NCBI GenBank assembly: GCA_051269935.1
Contig: JBNMFJ010000003.1
Span: forward strand, 1 to 32,122
Length of the DNA: 32,122 bases
Direction of reading: 5' to 3'
Source of the DNA: Patescibacteria group bacterium
GTDB lineage: Archaea > Nanobdellota > Nanobdellia > Pacearchaeales > GW2011-AR1
Shown here: positions 1 to 8,656 of the stretch, piece by piece
How the letters are laid out: each line of letters begins with the position of its first letter
How positions within the stretch are numbered: position 1 is the first letter of the stretch
The notes under the pieces: model-generated
The model's input: only the letters and a program-made list of their open reading frames with translations
Database searches by the model: none
What the model was told of the DNA's origin: nothing
Made by a program: the position numbers and the translations under genes

Positions 1-2
1 AG

Positions 3-203
3 GGAGATTTAAAGCTAAGCATTAAAGCAGAGTTAGTAAAGGACTACGAAGCACAATGGGAACAAACACCATTTCAGAAATTCATGCGTGGAATATATGA
101 GAAATATATTATTCGAAGCGCAAATGAGGAATACAAAGAAGAATTAGCCTTAGAGGCAGTAGAAGTCGTCAGTAATATAAAGGCATACTTAGAATTATTC
201 TAA
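3..203 (+). CDS. C-terminal end of a hypothetical protein (truncated by window start)
   Basis: Open frame 3 reads GDLKLSIKAELVKDYEAQWEQTPFQKFMRGIYEKYIIRSANEEYKEELALEAVEVVSNIKAYLELF, with stop TAA at 201-203; not in the ORF track. Confidence 0.75.
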   Translation, partial: GDLKLSIKAELVKDYEAQWEQTPFQKFMRGIYEKYIIRSANEEYKEELALEAVEVVSNIKAYLELF

Positions 204-269
204 AATAGCTATTAAAAGGCAATGTTGGACAACAATTATCTTTATAAAATTTAAACATGTTTGAAATTC

Positions 270-1673
270 ATGAGAAAACAAAATACTACCAATATACTCT
301 CCATTTTTACCTTACTATGCCTTATCATATCCCTCTCACTTGTAAGCTCAACAACAATCATTAACGAAACATATTCAGATAAAACACTTATCAAAGAATA
401 CAAAAACACCCTCCAATTAGACATCAATATTATCAACGCTACCCAAGGAGACTATAACGTATATACATTGTCAGACGTGTATCTCGAACCTTCAAACATA
501 TTTAACCTACGAGAAGGAGCAAACTATTCATCCTCTTACACAATAACACCATTCGACAGACTTCTCACTAAAAACGGACCATATACAATCAATTACGTAG
601 TAAACAACAGAAATATCAAAAAACACCAAAAAACAATTACCGTAGATATCATAAGCATAAAAGATGCAATTAAAATCGAGACAACCCCAATCAATATCAA
701 CGCAAACCAAGTAACCATAAAGTTCACTAACGATAACAACATTGAACTAAAAGATATCAATATGACATTTTCATCACTCCTGTTCCAAACAACAAGAACA
801 ATCAGCCTAAACGCCTACGATGAAGAGGAAATTACAATAAACATTGACACAGAAAGCCTAAAAAAAGCAAAAGCCGGAGCATATATTCTAACAACCCAAT
901 TCAATACACCATCAGGAGCAATTCCTACAACAACAAATATATATGTTAACGAAGAATCCGGAGTAAGCACGCTCGAAGATAGTAAAGGGATATTCCTAAG
1001 AACAACCACAATCAGTAAAGTAAATACCGGAAATACTATTGAAAACGTAAGGGTAGAAATAAAGAGAAATCTACTTACACGATTTTTCACTTCATTCTCT
1101 CAAGCACCAATCTCGACTGTACGAAAGGGAGTCGTGGTAACATATGTTTGGGAAGAAACATTAGGCCCATCCGAAATACTAGATATTGAAGCCTCAACTA
1201 ATTATTTCTATCCAATTTTAATAATAATATCTCTCATAATCGTTCTATTTGGAATTAACAGAGCCTTCACTAACAAACTAATAGTTAAAAAAAGCGTTAC
1301 ACCAATAAAAACAAAAAATGGTGAATTTGCCCTTAGGATCAGAATCCTATTAAAAGCTAAAAAATATCTTGGAGATGTAGCACTTGTTGACAAAGTTCCA
1401 AAAACAGTAAAAATATATAAGAAATTCGGAATGACAACACCAGACCATATCAACCCAGAAACAAGACAACTCAAATGGAATGTAGGAGAAATGAAACCAG
1501 GAGAAGAAAGACAATTTACATATGTAGTATATTCACGAGTTGGATACGTTGGAAAATTTGTCCTACCAAAAGCACATGTAAGATTCAAACTAGACGATGA
1601 GACAAATCAAGTAGAATCAAACAACGTGTTATTTTTAGCAGAACAAAGTGCAACCTATGAAAAAGAAGAATAA
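270..1673 (+). CDS. Membrane-anchored, beta-rich (Ig/DUF11-like) cell-surface protein
   Basis: N-terminal hydrophobic signal, T/N/I-rich extracellular region, one TM helix (YFYPILIIISLIIVLFGI), C-terminal domain with ..VDKVP..LKW....PGEE..FTY pattern. ATG at 270 is preferred because TTTATAAA lies at 241. Confidence 0.75.
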   Translation: MRKQNTTNILSIFTLLCLIISLSLVSSTTIINETYSDKTLIKEYKNTLQLDINIINATQGDYNVYTLSDVYLEPSNIFNLREGANYSSSYTITPFDRLLTKNGPYTINYVVNNRNIKKHQKTITVDIISIKDAIKIETTPININANQVTIKFTNDNNIELKDINMTFSSLLFQTTRTISLNAYDEEEITINIDTESLKKAKAGAYILTTQFNTPSGAIPTTTNIYVNEESGVSTLEDSKGIFLRTTTISKVNTGNTIENVRVEIKRNLLTRFFTSFSQAPISTVRKGVVVTYVWEETLGPSEILDIEASTNYFYPILIIISLIIVLFGINRAFTNKLIVKKSVTPIKTKNGEFALRIRILLKAKKYLGDVALVDKVPKTVKIYKKFGMTTPDHINPETRQLKWNVGEMKPGEERQFTYVVYSRVGYVGKFVLPKAHVRFKLDDETNQVESNNVLFLAEQSATYEKEE

Positions 1674-1674
1674 A

Positions 1675-2019
1675 TTACACTTTCGAATCAACAGATTCAG
1701 GTATATTATAAATAATTCTTCCTTGATCTATCAAGTCTATTAAATTATATGTAGCACCATCTTCCATTTCATAGATTTTCAAAGCTTTATCATTTATTAA
1801 GTCAGTCAAAATACATTCACCATCACGAACCTTACATTCAGTACCATAACTTAAAGAAAAACACAGACCATCAGGATTTCTAGTTAAAATTACATTCTCT
1901 GTACCTTCTAATAAAAATGAATAATGTCTCTTTACATGATCAGACACAGAATCTGCATCAATTCCCAATGCGTACTTAACTAATCCATCCACATGCCTAG
2001 CCTGTAAGTGATAATCCAT
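1675..2019 (-). CDS. Hypothetical protein
   Basis: ORF with minus-strand codon bias filling the gap; first ATG at 2019 (track starts at TTG 2028). Confidence 0.6.
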   Translation of the reverse strand: MDYHLQARHVDGLVKYALGIDADSVSDHVKRHYSFLLEGTENVILTRNPDGLCFSLSYGTECKVRDGECILTDLINDKALKIYEMEDGATYNLIDLIDQGRIIYNIPESVDSKV

Positions 2020-2053
2020 ATAACTCAAAAAAGAAAGTCATTTTTAAGCTTAA

Positions 2054-2668
2054 TTATTCTTTAAACCAATCAACCAAAAACCAAAGTAACAAAAAGAACA
2101 AAACAACTACAACCCTTTCCAATCGAAATCCAATTAATGGGGATAAATAAAAGAACGCAAACGTATACAAAAAGCCAAAGAAAAATGCATACAATGGAAC
2201 ATGAACAAATTGCTTAAAACCTTTCATACCCAATCCCTCATTAAACGCATAAAAACCTAACACATTAGGATGAATACAAGTCCAAAAAAGTTGCTTCCCA
2301 GAAAGATTCGGATCAAAGCTAATTTTATTCTTCAAACAATGACCCACAGAATAATTAATCGAAGCAGCAACACTCATTAAAATCGCTGTCAAAGAACTAA
2401 TCACAAAAAAAGAATACACCCCACCATCAGTAACAGTTAATGAATACACCAAAAATGAAGTTCCAGGTAAATACAAACCAAGAAAAACAATTCCTTCAAA
2501 AAAGACAAATAACGCAAAAAGTAACCAATTCGAATCCGCATACAAAGAAGTCATATAGTCCAAAATCTCAGCCGGAAAAGGTATCACATTCAAATTCCCT
2601 AAAAGATACATCAGAAAATAAAATCCCAAAGCAAGTAACGGCAACAATGGCAATGCTTTATTTTTCAT
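2054..2668 (-). CDS. DedA-family membrane protein
   Basis: Multiple TM segments and the DedA-type motif FFEG....LYLPG...L followed by ..SINY.VG. Confidence 0.7.
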   Translation of the reverse strand: MKNKALPLLPLLALGFYFLMYLLGNLNVIPFPAEILDYMTSLYADSNWLLFALFVFFEGIVFLGLYLPGTSFLVYSLTVTDGGVYSFFVISSLTAILMSVAASINYSVGHCLKNKISFDPNLSGKQLFWTCIHPNVLGFYAFNEGLGMKGFKQFVHVPLYAFFFGFLYTFAFFYLSPLIGFRLERVVVVLFFLLLWFLVDWFKE

Positions 2669-2759
2669 GGTTAACTAAAAGAATAAGACTTTAAAAAATA
2701 GTATTATATGAAATTCAATCAATCCTAAAGCTTTTAACCAAGATTTACAATTATTAATC

Positions 2760-3875
2760 ATGATAAAATCCAAACCAAAAGTAATCCTCGGAATGTCCGG
2801 CGGAGTAGATTCTTCAGTAGCAGCCCTACTCTTACAACAACAAGGATACGAAGTAATCGGAATGTTCATGCACTGCGACGTAGACGAGCAAAAAAGATGG
2901 CCAACATCGATTTCCTGGAAAGAAGAAGAACAACATATCAAAGATGTATGTAAACAACTAGGTATCAAATTCATAACAAAGGACTGCGGAGCAGGATACG
3001 AAAAAAAAGTAATCAGTAAGATGTTTGACTCATACAAAAAAGGCCTCACACCAAACCCAGATATCCTCTGTAACAACGTAGGAAAGTTCCCCCTATTACT
3101 AAAAGTTGCAAAAGAACAAGGGGCAAAATACATAGCAACAGGACATTACGCTCAAGTAAAACACACAAAGAAAAATGGCGTAGAACTCCATCAAGGAGTA
3201 GATCAAAATAAAGACCAAAGCTATTTCCTTATAGGACTAGGAAATTCATATTTCAAAAAATGCCTCTTCCCAATCGGCAAGTATACCAAAGACCAAGTAC
3301 GAAAAATCGCCAAAAAAGCAGGATTTAAGAATTGGGACAAACGAGGATCACGAGGGATCTGTTACCTAGGAAAAATTGACATGAAAGATTTCCTCCATTC
3401 CAGAATAAAAGAAAAACAAGGAAACATCATAGACCAAAATAATGATATAATAGGTACACACCCAGGAACCACCTTCTTTACAATCGGAGAAAAAATAACA
3501 TCCGGAAAAGGAAGTGAACTCAATAAGTTAGGACGAAAAGAATATTCCTCAACCAAACTCTTTGTTTCTAAGAAAGACAAAAAAAACAACATCCATATAG
3601 CACCAGAAAATCATCCAAACCTAGCCACAAAAAAATTAGCAATCATAGGACTAAAAACCATTAACAAAAAAGAAAACATAGAAAATAAAAAAATCCATCT
3701 TAGAATAAGACACCTCGGAGAAATGATCCCGGCAAAGATAGTCAAAGAAAATAATAAGTACATCGCAAAACTTAAGAAACCAGTACAAGGAATCGCCCCA
3801 GGCCAATTCGCCGTAATCTACGACAAAACACGACTAGTAGGCGGCGGAGAAATAAGGTTAATAAATCAAGATTAA
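2760..3875 (+). CDS. mnmA: tRNA U34 2-thiouridylase MnmA (bacterial type)
   Basis: SGGVDS PP-loop, TPNPDILCN, ATGHYA, KDQSYFL, S.GIC and C-terminal PGQFAV.Y....LVGGG. Confidence 0.95.
   Translation: MIKSKPKVILGMSGGVDSSVAALLLQQQGYEVIGMFMHCDVDEQKRWPTSISWKEEEQHIKDVCKQLGIKFITKDCGAGYEKKVISKMFDSYKKGLTPNPDILCNNVGKFPLLLKVAKEQGAKYIATGHYAQVKHTKKNGVELHQGVDQNKDQSYFLIGLGNSYFKKCLFPIGKYTKDQVRKIAKKAGFKNWDKRGSRGICYLGKIDMKDFLHSRIKEKQGNIIDQNNDIIGTHPGTTFFTIGEKITSGKGSELNKLGRKEYSSTKLFVSKKDKKNNIHIAPENHPNLATKKLAIIGLKTINKKENIENKKIHLRIRHLGEMIPAKIVKENNKYIAKLKKPVQGIAPGQFAVIYDKTRLVGGGEIRLINQD
3791..3875 (+). repeat. Direct repeat copy 1: 3' end of mnmA
   Basis: 85 nt with 77/85 identity to 5568-5652; the first 26 nt are identical. 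Confidence 0.95.
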
Positions 3876-3919
3876 TGCATAACGAATAGATTTATAATAG
3901 AATAATGTTTTAATATATT

Positions 3920-4432
3920 ATGCAAAAATGGACTAAGAGTAGCATTTTCGGAGGAGGAGTTGCCCTCATTTATGTAACAATTATGTCATTTATATTCGGG
4001 TCTTTTTCAAGAGATCCATCAGGAATACTTAGATACACCTTTCAACAGATAATTATAGACTACATTATTTTCCTGATTATTGGAATAAGTATTGGCTTAA
4101 TATATACAAAAATTCATTCTCTAAGTTGGCCTAAGTGGTTACAAATAGCATCTTTTTTTACCATTATTAGTAGTGTCGCAAATGTTCTCATAGTAATCGG
4201 ACAAGTACTCACTCTCCCTTTCTCAAAATCTGAACCTCTCTACATTAGTATACTTTTATTATCACCTTTTAGTTTTTTTGCTTCATTTGGGATAGGCATG
4301 AGGAATACACCCTTACCAATTGGAGAGGTCATTTTAATATTATCAATTACATCAATATTATCAATAGCATTATACTTTATTCTCGGAGCAATCATCGGTT
4401 GGATTATTAACAATTCTAAAAAGCAAAAATAG
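3920..4432 (+). CDS. Hypothetical multi-pass membrane protein
   Basis: About 5 hydrophobic segments; TTTATAAT at 3891, 29 nt before the ATG. Confidence 0.75.
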   Translation: MQKWTKSSIFGGGVALIYVTIMSFIFGSFSRDPSGILRYTFQQIIIDYIIFLIIGISIGLIYTKIHSLSWPKWLQIASFFTIISSVANVLIVIGQVLTLPFSKSEPLYISILLLSPFSFFASFGIGMRNTPLPIGEVILILSITSILSIALYFILGAIIGWIINNSKKQK

Positions 4433-4470
4433 AAAGAATATGCCCATTGCAAATAAAGATTATATTAAGT

Positions 4471-5502
4471 TCAAAGCTCAGAATTCAAATCACCAATAGA
4501 ATCAAGTAAGGCATCAAAATCAGAGCGGTACTCCCTATTCTGAATAACACGGAATTTTTCAAACTCTCCTTCGGCAAACTCCTTTGCCATTCCCGCAGTA
4601 ACCTTACCAGAATCAAGAAGAACCTCCCTATCATCAAATTCCAAAAATAAATCCAATCGTTTAGACCAATCCTCCATCGTCATAGGAATTTTTCTCTTCG
4701 CTCTTTCTTCCGCCAAATCAAGATAAGCAGAAACAATTCTCCCTAATGAATCCAATTCATCTTTTGTTAAATAATTTTTAGCCACACTAACATCCAGCTT
4801 TACAATTTTCCCATCAGGAGCATATTTCCAAGAACGTAAACCCATATTTTCATTACTCGCATTCGCCCTTTTCAGAATCAACTCAGACGCCGTATGCCTA
4901 TGAATCGCATAATGCAACTTATTTTGAACCTTCGCAAAAAACTCTTTCGTCAAAGCAGAGCTAAGATCATAATCCAAACTCGTAGCATATATATCAGTAA
5001 TTTTCTGATAAAAATTCCTCTCACTAAGTCGAATCTCTCTAATTTCAGAGAAAAGTTCTTCAAAATAATTTTTTCCCAGAAAGCTTCCATTCTCTAAACG
5101 CTTCTTATCCAAAACATATCCCTTCAAAGTAAATTCTCTTAAGACATTCGTTGCCCAGACTCTAAAACGAGTTGCCTTAACCGAATTAACACGATATCCC
5201 ACACTAATCACTGCATCTAAATTATAAAATTCCACATCTCTTTGAACCCTCCTCTCGCCCTCAAAACCAACCTGTCGGAATTTCCGACAAGTTCCTTTCC
5301 TCTCCAGCTCACCAGAAGCATAAATACTAGCCAGGTGCTCAGCAATAGTACTACGTCCCTTATCAAATAGATCTGCTATCATCTGCTGAGTTAACCAAAC
5401 ACTCTCATCCTCCACTCTCAGATTAATAGTATCACCCCCCTCTTCAAATTGAAAAATCAAAAACTCCGCACTAGAATCCCTAACAAAAGCTTCCTTAACC
5501 AT
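4471..5502 (-). CDS. RhuM-family (virulence RhuM) DNA-binding protein
   Basis: E.VWLTQ..IA.LF, YNLDAVISVGYRVNS..AT.FR.WAT, IREIR.SER.FYQKITDIYATS.DY, VAKNYL. Confidence 0.9.
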   Translation of the reverse strand: MVKEAFVRDSSAEFLIFQFEEGGDTINLRVEDESVWLTQQMIADLFDKGRSTIAEHLASIYASGELERKGTCRKFRQVGFEGERRVQRDVEFYNLDAVISVGYRVNSVKATRFRVWATNVLREFTLKGYVLDKKRLENGSFLGKNYFEELFSEIREIRLSERNFYQKITDIYATSLDYDLSSALTKEFFAKVQNKLHYAIHRHTASELILKRANASNENMGLRSWKYAPDGKIVKLDVSVAKNYLTKDELDSLGRIVSAYLDLAEERAKRKIPMTMEDWSKRLDLFLEFDDREVLLDSGKVTAGMAKEFAEGEFEKFRVIQNREYRSDFDALLDSIGDLNSEL

Positions 5503-5567
5503 ACTATTATTTCCACATCTTTAATATATAAAATATCCTATTCTTAATCTAAAACCCCAAAAAACTA

Positions 5568-5652
5568 AATCGCCCCAGGCCAATTCGCCGTAACCTACGA
5601 CAACACACGACTAATCGGCGGCGGAGAAATTAGATTAATAAATCAAGAGTAG
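5568..5652 (+). repeat. Direct repeat copy 2: displaced mnmA 3' fragment (IAPGQFAVTYDNTRLIGGGEIRLINQE*)
   Basis: In-frame, stop-preserving copy of the last 27 mnmA codons plus stop, with no start codon. Confidence 0.95.
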
Positions 5653-5692
5653 AAAACTTAACATTTAAATATACACTCGAATATAGACAAAC

Positions 5693-6277
5693 ATGAAAGT
5701 ATTAGATTACACAACATTATGGAAAGGAATAGCCATCTTCTTAGTTATACAAATACTTTATTTCCTAGGAACATCTTTAGGACTTTATGAATTCAATAAA
5801 ATTGTATTTATGATATTATTAATAATACCTCTCTTTATTCTCTTACTCTTAAACCAAGGAATATTCCTAAAAGACATGCAAAAATTACATACAGAATCAG
5901 TAGACGAAAGAAAGGAAAGAACATTACATAATATGCAAAGCCCATTTGTATACATTCTAATGGCAGTACTTTGGCCTGCACTCCTATTTGAAAAAACATC
6001 ATTTCCCTTGTCAGTAAAATATACTCTAAGTGCAATAATTATCATCCTAGTTCTATACTTCTATATTACAAAGGATAAATACATGAAAAAAGTAAAAAAA
6101 CAAAATATTAGCGAAGCAACACATAAAGCCTCACAAAAAGGATCAATAGTAGGAATAATATGTATTGCCATATCTGCAGTTTTATTAGGGCAAAATGTAA
6201 TTTCAACGACTCATTTTTATATTTTCTCCCTTGCTTCTGTAGGAATCGGATACATCATTTATAGTAATAGTAAATGA
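5693..6277 (+). CDS. Hypothetical multi-pass membrane protein
   Basis: About 6 TM segments in hairpin pairs; TTTAAATA at 5664, 29 nt before the ATG. Confidence 0.75.
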   Translation: MKVLDYTTLWKGIAIFLVIQILYFLGTSLGLYEFNKIVFMILLIIPLFILLLLNQGIFLKDMQKLHTESVDERKERTLHNMQSPFVYILMAVLWPALLFEKTSFPLSVKYTLSAIIIILVLYFYITKDKYMKKVKKQNISEATHKASQKGSIVGIICIAISAVLLGQNVISTTHFYIFSLASVGIGYIIYSNSK

Positions 6278-6320
6278 TACTAAAACCTTCCAGACATAAC
6301 ACTCATTAATACCAAATATA

Positions 6321-6462
6321 AACCGGCTTGCCCGAACTTAGTCTCTAGCTCTTCTAAAAGTGGCTTCTTGTGCCATAATTCGGTATGCCGCCTTTTAGGA
6401 ATACCTCATTCGCAGGGCGAATGAGATTCTTTTGCCAACTTTTCTTTCCAAGAAAAAGTTGA
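6321..6462. ncRNA. Candidate structured RNA or non-coding element (unassigned)
   Basis: GC-richer intergenic tract with stems CGGC 6324-27/GCCG 6387-90, CCGAA 6332-36/TTCGG 6379-83, TGGC/GCCA, CTCATTCGC 6405-13/GCGAATGAG 6417-25, CAACTTTT 6436-43/AAAAGTTG 6454-61. Confidence 0.4.
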
Positions 6463-6512
6463 TGTCCCCAACAATAATCTTCTTAAAGACACTCCACACT
6501 AAAATACAAAAG

Positions 6513-8306
6513 ATGGCAGATATAGTAATTAACAATGAATTTGAAGACGCAGACATGTTCGACAACGAAGTAATGGACTTTGAGTCACAAGACTTCTTCG
6601 AGCTCAAAAAACAATCAGAAGAAATAAACAATGAAAAAATAGACCAACTCAAAGGCTATGAGCTCATCAAAAAAAACTTAGCATACGACCTACCTTATCA
6701 ACGAGAAGGAGCACTCAGATTACTCAATCATTTTAATTCAACAGCACTTTTAGCAGACGAAGTAGGACTAGGAAAGACCATCACAACCGGCCTGTTACTC
6801 AAAGAAGGCATAGTCAGAGGATTCATTAAAAAATGCCTCATACTAGCTCCACCAAGCCTAGTAACCCAATGGGTACAAGAGCTAAGCGAGAAGTTCGAGC
6901 TAGACTTTGATATCATAGAAACCCAAGATGACTGGGACAGATTCCCCCTAGCGATAGCATCTCTCGATAGAGTAAAACAATTCAGCAAACAAACCATCCA
7001 ATTCAAACACAAACGAGCCCACGATCTCACATGGGATTTAGTAATAGTTGACGAAGCCCACAAATTAAAAGAAAAATCAACAGTGAGATGGAGATTCGTC
7101 GACAGATTAAAGAAAAAGCGGTTTCTACTCCTAACCGCAACTCCTTTCCAAAACGATCTATTAGAATTATACAATTTACTCCATCTATTAAAAAAGGGAC
7201 ATCTAGGAACAATCAAAGAGTTCAGAGGAAGTTTCCTCCACAAAGGAAACAAAAGAATGCCAATTAACCCTGATGAACTTAAACGAAAACTAGACGAACT
7301 TATGCTACGAAGAAAACGAACAGAAACCGGAATTGACTATAAATCAAGGATTCCAAAAATAGTAATAGTCGAACAATCCCCTCAAGAAAAGATGATATAT
7401 CAAAACACCGTACGACTCCTCCAAGAAAATTATTTCCGAGCAGACGGAATAGAGATAAACGGTCACCTAGTTGTCTACGCAATCTTACCCAAAATAACAA
7501 GTTCATCAAGGTCAGCAATAGAATCCCTCCAAGGAATCGTAAAAAACGAGAAATACCATAAGGGCACAAGAGAATTCGCCCAAGGTATACTCAACGATTA
7601 TGCCAAACTAGATCACGATAGTAAAATAGAAAAACTCCTTTCAATTGTAGACGAGATTAAAGCAAGAAGCGACGACGAAAAAATCCTTATCTATACAAGA
7701 CATCCTACAACCCTAAAATATATAGTCGAAATGCTCAAACCATACAATCTAAGAATTATCGAATTTCAAGGCGGACTAGACCGAGAAGAAAAATCAGAAC
7801 GAATCGATTCATTCAAAAGAGGAGAAGCAGATATCTTGATCTCCACCGACACCGGAGCTGAAGGACTTAACTTTCAATTCTGCCGAAACCTAATCAACTA
7901 CGACCTACCTTGGAACCCCATGTCAGTAGAACAACGAATCGGACGACTAGACAGAATCGGCCAACAACGAGATATGTACATCTATTCACTAGCAACAAAA
8001 GGGACAATGGAAGAACACGTTGTCGACTTAATCATAAACAAAATGTGTTGCGTAGGAATGGTCATTGGAGAACTACCAATAATACTCTTCAACCTAGGAC
8101 TAGACAGTGAAGCATCAGAAGGACGTAACAAAATAGAAGAACGGCTAATGTCAGTCTTTATCGATTCAAAAGGAAATCTAGATCTCTTCAGCCAAGAAGT
8201 AGATAAAATATCCCAAACAATTCAAAAGGGACTAGACGAATATATTGAAAGTAAAGACGCAACAAGTGAACTCTTAGACAAAGAAGAAACTAAGAAATAT
8301 AATTAA
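6513..8306 (+). CDS. SNF2-family helicase/ATPase (YqhH-like)
   Basis: LADEVGLGKT, DEAHKLK, LLLTATPFQN, EGLNFQF, INYDLPWNPM.VEQRIGRLDRIGQ. ATG 6513 is preferred over TTG 6432. Confidence 0.92.
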   Translation: MADIVINNEFEDADMFDNEVMDFESQDFFELKKQSEEINNEKIDQLKGYELIKKNLAYDLPYQREGALRLLNHFNSTALLADEVGLGKTITTGLLLKEGIVRGFIKKCLILAPPSLVTQWVQELSEKFELDFDIIETQDDWDRFPLAIASLDRVKQFSKQTIQFKHKRAHDLTWDLVIVDEAHKLKEKSTVRWRFVDRLKKKRFLLLTATPFQNDLLELYNLLHLLKKGHLGTIKEFRGSFLHKGNKRMPINPDELKRKLDELMLRRKRTETGIDYKSRIPKIVIVEQSPQEKMIYQNTVRLLQENYFRADGIEINGHLVVYAILPKITSSSRSAIESLQGIVKNEKYHKGTREFAQGILNDYAKLDHDSKIEKLLSIVDEIKARSDDEKILIYTRHPTTLKYIVEMLKPYNLRIIEFQGGLDREEKSERIDSFKRGEADILISTDTGAEGLNFQFCRNLINYDLPWNPMSVEQRIGRLDRIGQQRDMYIYSLATKGTMEEHVVDLIINKMCCVGMVIGELPIILFNLGLDSEASEGRNKIEERLMSVFIDSKGNLDLFSQEVDKISQTIQKGLDEYIESKDATSELLDKEETKKYN

Positions 8307-8595
8307 TATCAACCTTTCTTGAAGTAATAGCCTCATTACCCAACAGAACGTCCTTCAATTCATATCGCCCAATAAATTCACGAGTATGTTCTCGATATTC
8401 TTTTACGCATCCAGAAATAACTTTCAAGGGATCCTGACCATCATAAATTCCAGGCAATTCAATTTGCAAAGAATCCAAATTAAATTCACGAGAAACATAA
8501 CTACCCAATCTTTCTAGATTTTCCAAAACCATATGATAATCTTCAGATATTATTTGAGATTTGCTCTCTCCAACCCTTTTTTCTAGCATTTCCAT
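8290..8595 (-). CDS. Hypothetical protein
   Basis: Convergent ORF overlapping the SNF2 stop; first ATG at 8595. Confidence 0.55.
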   Translation of the reverse strand: MEMLEKRVGESKSQIISEDYHMVLENLERLGSYVSREFNLDSLQIELPGIYDGQDPLKVISGCVKEYREHTREFIGRYELKDVLLGNEAITSRKVDINYIS

Positions 8596-8656
8596 ATCAA
8601 CAAGATATACTATTCGCAAACAGTTTTAAAAGTCTTACTAAAAGAATAAGCAAGAA

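Larger units (their letters stand above)
3791..5652. mobile_element. Small integrase-less island at the mnmA 3' end (membrane protein + RhuM)
   Basis: Bounded by the duplicated mnmA 3' end (att-like), with RhuM-family cargo. Confidence 0.65.

Noticed and set aside
6321-6400. Resemblance to 5S rRNA (minus-strand AAGGCGGCAUA; plus-strand CCGAAC), a purine riboswitch (UAUGGCAC, GACUA) or the RNase P 3' end (AACCGGCTT)
   Set aside because: The motifs are on inconsistent strands or in the wrong structural positions; there is no 5S helix IV/V, no riboswitch UUUCUAC junction and no GAGGAAAGUCC
6432-6512. N-terminal extensions in the ORF track (SNF2 6432, TopIB 9778, nrdB 16655, mre11 21167)
   Set aside because: They overlap hairpins, promoters or neighbouring genes; downstream ATGs fit the domain starts better
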